A stretch of DNA of 64,000 nucleotides from Monocercomonoides exilis PA203. Lineage: Eukaryota; Protista; Preaxostyla. The translations under genes were made by a program, and so were the position numbers. Of the stretch, positions 61,201 through 64,000 are shown piece by piece. The notes beneath the pieces are model-generated. The model saw only the letters and a program-made list of their open reading frames with translations, did no database searches and was not told where the DNA came from. Position 1 is the stretch's first letter. Every line of letters starts with the position of its first letter. The stretch is from assembly GCA_001643675.2 (NCBI GenBank), contig LSRY02000041.1, positions 434,001-498,000 on the forward strand. Reading direction: 5' to 3'.

Positions 61201-64000
61201 AAGAGAACATGAAGGATTCAAAAGTGGAAGAGGAAACTGCACAGGAACTGGGGAAGAAGAAGAGGAGGAGGAAGAAGAAATGGAGGAAAGTTGACTGTTA
61301 GGAGCAGGAAGAGGAGGAGGTGGAGGTGGAGGGAATGAACGAGGGGTTGCTGATTCAGATTGTTTTGATGAAGACAACTCAGATGAAGTTGAAGGAGAAT
61401 CAGCAAAAGGAGACGAAGGAAGGTATTTTGAGAGTGCATCAGAGAAAATGGTGGAAAGATGAGAAAGTGCCACGAACGGAGAGGAAGAAAGAGATGAAGA
61501 TGAAGAGGAAGAGGAAGAAGAAGATGAAGAACTGAAAGAAGACAAAGATGAAGTTGATACCGATAGTGAGTTGACAGAAGGCAAAGCCAATGCAGCAGAC
61601 AAAGGAGCCAGTGAAGAAGCTGAGAGAGTTGATGGAAGAGAAGACACAGAAATAACAGACTCATCATGCTTGCACCTGAAGCAGGAACAACAGAACACGC
61701 AAATCACATCCCAGCACATCTGCCACATTTCAGAGGCAAACAAGAAAAGAGTGGATGAAACAGAAGAAGATGATCCATCTGATTCAGAAAGCGTCTCAGA
61801 AAACAACTCATCGGTTTCATTTTCTTTGAAATTCGACGAAAATTCGTTCCTTTCAAGCTTTGTTGGTTCATCGCTTTGCGGAGAAAGTGCCTCATCCAAA
61901 TCATTTTCATTTTCTTCATCCTTTTTGCATTCCTTCTTGCTTTTCTTTTTCCTGTTCAAATGTCTCCTCATCTTTTCTCCCTCTTCTTTCATTTTCTGCC
62001 ATGCCACTTCCATTATTCTGCTAACTGCATCAATTCCGGCTGTTGCTACTTCTTCCTTCCCAAATATCAGAATATTCAACAAAAACGCTGTCAAAACAGG
62101 GCGAAGTGAAGAAGAAGAAGAAGAGGGAGAGGAAGAAGAAGACAAACGAGATGAGGAAATTGATGAAGAGGCAGTTGAAGGAATAAATTCTTGTTCCGTT
62201 TTGAGTTGTTCTGAGTTTGTTACATCTTCTTTTTCAGCCAAGTTGATGATCGATGGATGGATAGGTGATATAGATTCCATTTCAGGCAAATCGCTCTTAT
62301 CTTTCGACTCTTTCTCCTTTTCATCCTCTTCTCTTTTCTTCCTTCTTCTTTCTTTTCCTTCTTCCCTCGCAAAAGAACTGATAAAACAGCATAGAAGCTC
62401 CACTGATGTCTGTGTAACAAGAACAAGCGATTCTTCCCATTGCTTTTGCGGTGTGTTGCGAGTATGGTGCATCAGAACACCAGAGGAAGAAGAAGAAGAT
62501 GATGATAACGAAGAAGAAGAAGATGTTGATGAAGAAGAACGATAGAATTGAGAGGAAGAAGCAGAGGGAGGAGGAGGAAGAGAAAGCGTTGGAGGAATCA
62601 AAGAAGCATAAGAAGAGCCAGGCGAAGGCGATGAATTTGCAGGTGAAGAATCGTTCTTCATCAAATGTGCACTTTCAACCTCCATCCACATTGCCTGTGC
62701 AGTTGGCAACAGATACTCTGCCACAACAGAAGAAGCAAGAGAAGAAAGAGAAAAGAACCAGCGATGCGACGAGAGAAGAGAAGAAAGCGAATGAAGCGCC
62801 GCTGTCCGCACTTCCACTCGCGTGTCCAGCGAAAGAGAAGTCAACTTTTCAATGATCAGAGAAAGGGATGGGCGGATAGAAGCTAACGTGGGGCAAACAA
62901 AATGAGAAGATGAAGTGTCAAATGAAGGCTTCTTTGGCAATTCGTCTCTTTTCGTGTTCTTCTCGTTGTTTTCTATATCCATCATGTTCTTGTCTCTTCC
63001 TGATTTCTCAAATGTTATTGTTGGCTGCCTCACTTTCACTCTTCCCAAAAATGCTTTCTTCTCCTCCCAACATATCCTGCACAGACAAACAGGCTTTTCC
63101 CTCACAACTTCCCCTTCAAACACGACCAACTCGTCGTCTGCAATTGAGGCTGAAGAATACACAGAAACGGATGAGGATGAGGATGAATGTGAATGTGTTT
63201 GTGTGAGTGAGTAGAATCCTTCCACCATTGCTTTCTCTTCTTCGTCTCTCCAAAGATTTTGATATTCAAATTCTTCATCAAACACGTCATTGAATTCATT
63301 CACCCTCTCCTCTTCATCTGTCTCTTCTTTCTCTTTTCCATCTCCTTTTCTACTGAATCTTTTGTTCCTTTCTCTCCTCCTCCACTTCTTCTGCTTCATC
63401 TTCCATTCTTCATGCTTCTCCCCAACTTTCACCAGAATGTCTGCAATTTCCCAGATGTATTCGATCGACGAAAGCGACAAGTTCAAACTTGTTTTTTGCT
63501 TTGCAAACTGGAAAAGATGTTCAGAAAGAAGCAAAAGCGATGAAAGAGAAAGAGATGAAGAAGAAGTGATTGGAGAAGAAGGCAGAAAAGACAAAGTTGA
63601 ACGAGAAGAACGAAACTGCCTCGAACACAAAGAAATTGAATCAGATTGTCTTTTAACTGAAGCTAACTGAGAAGATGAAGAAGATTTTCCATTCAAAGTT
63701 TTCTTTAAATTAAACGGAGCAGGCAATGAACTGAGATACATCAGGGGAGTGGAGGAAACAAATGTCGAAGTGGATGAATTCTCCAAAATCGACTGAATAA
63801 TTCGAAACAGCAGCGGATAATGGCTTGTTCTGTTGGACGAAATCGCAGATGGAGATGCAGGCAAAGCAGAAAACGCAGAAGAAGAACAGAATTCAATCGG
63901 AGCAAGCGAGCGGATGATGATTGGCCAGTCGATTTCAGCCGTCAAGTAAAAAGACCACGACGACAGAAACGTGAAGAATGAGGAGCATATTCGCTTTTTC
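55294..64000 (-). CDS. MON2: MON2-like endosome/Golgi trafficking protein, 5'-truncated by the window edge, heavily expanded by Ser/Glu low-complexity inserts
   Basis: Frame open for more than 2880 codons up to the edge. Motifs LNLSLSSIEYIWEIAD, LSLDTRVEVRTAALHSL and MHHTRNTPQKQWEESLVL match recalled Mon2 C-terminal motifs (D.R..VR..A; HHSRNT..KQW.ET). Confidence 0.75.
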   Translation of the reverse strand, partial: KKRICSSFFTFLSSWSFYLTAEIDWPIIIRSLAPIEFCSSSAFSALPASPSAISSNRTSHYPLLFRIIQSILENSSTSTFVSSTPLMYLSSLPAPFNLKKTLNGKSSSSSQLASVKRQSDSISLCSRQFRSSRSTLSFLPSSPITSSSSLSLSSLLLLSEHLFQFAKQKTSLNLSLSSIEYIWEIADILVKVGEKHEEWKMKQKKWRRRERNKRFSRKGDGKEKEETDEEERVNEFNDVFDEEFEYQNLWRDEEEKAMVEGFYSLTQTHSHSSSSSSVSVYSSASIADDELVVFEGEVVREKPVCLCRICWEEKKAFLGRVKVRQPTITFEKSGRDKNMMDIENNEKNTKRDELPKKPSFDTSSSHFVCPTLASIRPSLSLIIEKLTSLSLDTRVEVRTAALHSLSSLLSSHRWFFSLSSLASSVVAEYLLPTAQAMWMEVESAHLMKNDSSPANSSPSPGSSYASLIPPTLSLPPPPSASSSQFYRSSSSTSSSSSLSSSSSSSSGVLMHHTRNTPQKQWEESLVLVTQTSVELLCCFISSFAREEGKERRRKKREEDEKEKESKDKSDLPEMESISPIHPSIINLAEKEDVTNSEQLKTEQEFIPSTASSSISSSRLSSSSSPSSSSSSLRPVLTAFLLNILIFGKEEVATAGIDAVSRIMEVAWQKMKEEGEKMRRHLNRKKKSKKECKKDEENENDLDEALSPQSDEPTKLERNEFSSNFKENETDELFSETLSESDGSSSSVSSTLFLFASEMWQMCWDVICVFCCSCFRCKHDESVISVSSLPSTLSASSLAPLSAALALPSVNSLSVSTSSLSSFSSSSSSSSSSSSSSLSSSPFVALSHLSTIFSDALSKYLPSSPFADSPSTSSELSSSKQSESATPRSFPPPPPPPLPAPNSQLSSISSSSSSSSSPVPVQFPLPLLNPSCSLCALTHQKAIHLAFLLLLWTPRNPSAVNYCLMAEKLKEEEEKREKENCFEKKEKRSEKEQEDEKTVCETEVNKDFKKEKDVSLSSSAYAYPVNPSSFTSYNTIKKPSVMPSNKPAFAPLPSPSQSPSSLSSSSYPPISVLRYYCRTLVPSTYPHPPPSPFFISSCRHLFSSPSPSSVSSSVNPSIHSLSPTQFSLPFLRLSPSLINPLLFLSPHSFRTVGLFKDLSSQQEAFSDYSHRINRIEDEDEEEEEEEYEKELRGMEEKEKNGSGNGGEGEEEGDWGKGLNICDSIESDGTEEEKDILEMKSRKCLMMSKERTSENGKMEKKEDEVEVEHIQSSDSNDLPLSSKLLTSSASSFLSNSSEWEGENPHPKLTSVDSICGLVVISALSALSIPPLHFATLQYSSLNNPSQSTSFSSLYSFSNPCTSSVDPVTGSDVPLPPSSMLVNVTASSLGNSTSSLLVEHHLHSLIPSLSSSPYPSPSSSPSISAPLPPSSLTSLHSSVLSAASSSSSSSSPSSPSTPVPLISPSVFSTSLFPAISSSLIIPSQLKSNFVNDTKRIRLPFLHLSAFHIILHSTLYAFYSSSSTVPVDCPPYQSLSSQFDSDHFMFDSPFGTKEEEFVSGIQSCDTILSSNLSNLSASFFSDSALNRIFSTSFAALLMLLDFGLLTLVSVEHLHQAKEWKDILSVPSFEEKVGAKQRVSEEWEEEEGNEDYRRDLIDKTEAANENITEKSSSKTSRRSTSKHLPFSSRPVVALSYPHLESQLFLCHFLVCCKFISLCLSVITLLAHFSPFATLFGSDSVSSLTSSTFSFYSQFLQRMYQFLLLPHHPLCGPALLMTSVFMARLTKETGKEEERERESEEVNELSCENDESKAEKTLSEKQEMLKKMVQLSDSIVKCTWPELNDSASNASEDALTLKKSSLSFSPSSLLLSASASASSSSSSFFLEVFPHIISALTSVSVQKYASNLSSSRSPMMYTASPPSPSFSSSSYQYLQKSSDSSDPSDMAFVTVLQTEQKKLSFFQIPNKKQTKQNFILPSSSPQMASLPLTSAFGSLNKSMSASNTSNWGASVNECLSGEEWPADEIPRALRKHHHRHVHSSSCSSLFRPIEILNIFEDGEDIKEEEEKREAKRLHENERRIIAGRKQRERRRRRRERLTGKKKKGNEGEEKNEIEKMDDKELKERVNLSISFFQDVADEVSKMENVLNYTKRNKNTFIGCGRERTDEPRILDDNKYSQDNISVPSLKSDILQNSLKEFANQRKEKNVKGDRENKGIVAEYDEETEKDVERMLNETEWVSEVDDNWHMYSLSECECIPLKMERKRVKNRTSKRTSKKRKGERNESKTVEDSFSVRSSSNSQASQSEDSEQMNSSSPSSSSSESTFVSASFQRQRRFLPKYESNKEEKEAHRHHSHKHLLHLHRLHPSSSSASSSNSHSNNSQPLFPPSSSSSPNPPPYHTSSMHSSAFPSSASSLSSPSLRSPSSSPTNLKAITTLSAESTEEQSVSLPSSTRSTPSPSFRSVALKQPTSGFMVVDKEMSLMENEKEAEKDKEDGRKTPTTSHVSFALEPKSVGAKDKKMKLSEFITRRHNSPSPSPSPPPPPLMPLSAQVSPQKQEFERKVVKEELEKSEEEGSFHRGGNEDDEIEDQDGEYQPSFASLPFHLYSLFMKSPDFPTISTIWWRKREIQQFILYSFAHQQLLLSASYISFSQLHSGDKRNKDEKKDSIQEKEDMPSKEEKCNIDSLKIDLMRQSDPSILLAFRSSLSYLIQIASSVLLTTANSLRTNAFVESPTHLSLLERSLRSSRLSISVLFHLSSHRHFSSSSFRAASFLQDFVWSRLEIVLRQIINRFSSTYVLQFPPEAIRCLLRFLLFSLGRLDSLKGSSVCKDNCNVICSCSNADTFSSFASGKLQPFASSLLSLLYGFSSIKNSSIISSSDFSFIFLLLIRRVSRLLGKIVCGKEKDVEFDV

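Noticed and set aside
1-64000. Genome-wide TAA/TAG=Gln code
   Set aside because: ORFs of 800-2900 codons have no in-frame TAR, and H2A and family copy D end at TAA at the expected positions.

Overview
AT-rich eukaryotic (protist) genomic DNA with short GT-AG introns and the standard genetic code. The gene content and style suggest an oxymonad such as Monocercomonoides, but this is inference. Apparently intact host genes: a type-I membrane beta-helix-like surface protein (10249-12687), an importin-beta/HEAT karyopherin (25007-29535) head-to-head with histone H2A (29839-30306), a very Ser-rich MON2-like gene running off the right edge, and three copies of an uncharacterised helical multigene family. 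Three more copies of that family are pseudogenes. Roughly half of the window is DNA transposons, mostly delimited by TIRs and TSDs. Three hAT-type elements (989-7336, 17021-20489, 38568-44850; 8-bp TSDs) each enclose host-gene copies (Pack-hAT-like), and one also retains a decayed hAT transposase. There are three decayed pogo-like DDE transposases (DD35D spacing in two), CAG-ended and GGG-ended MITE/foldback elements, and a 6.2-kb TIR-bounded element with no recognisable transposase. Nesting is deep: one DDE reading frame can be rejoined across a 6.8-kb insertion. Two convergent family paralogues share a 613-bp near-identical inverted segment, an arrangement that could swap their 3' exons by inversion.
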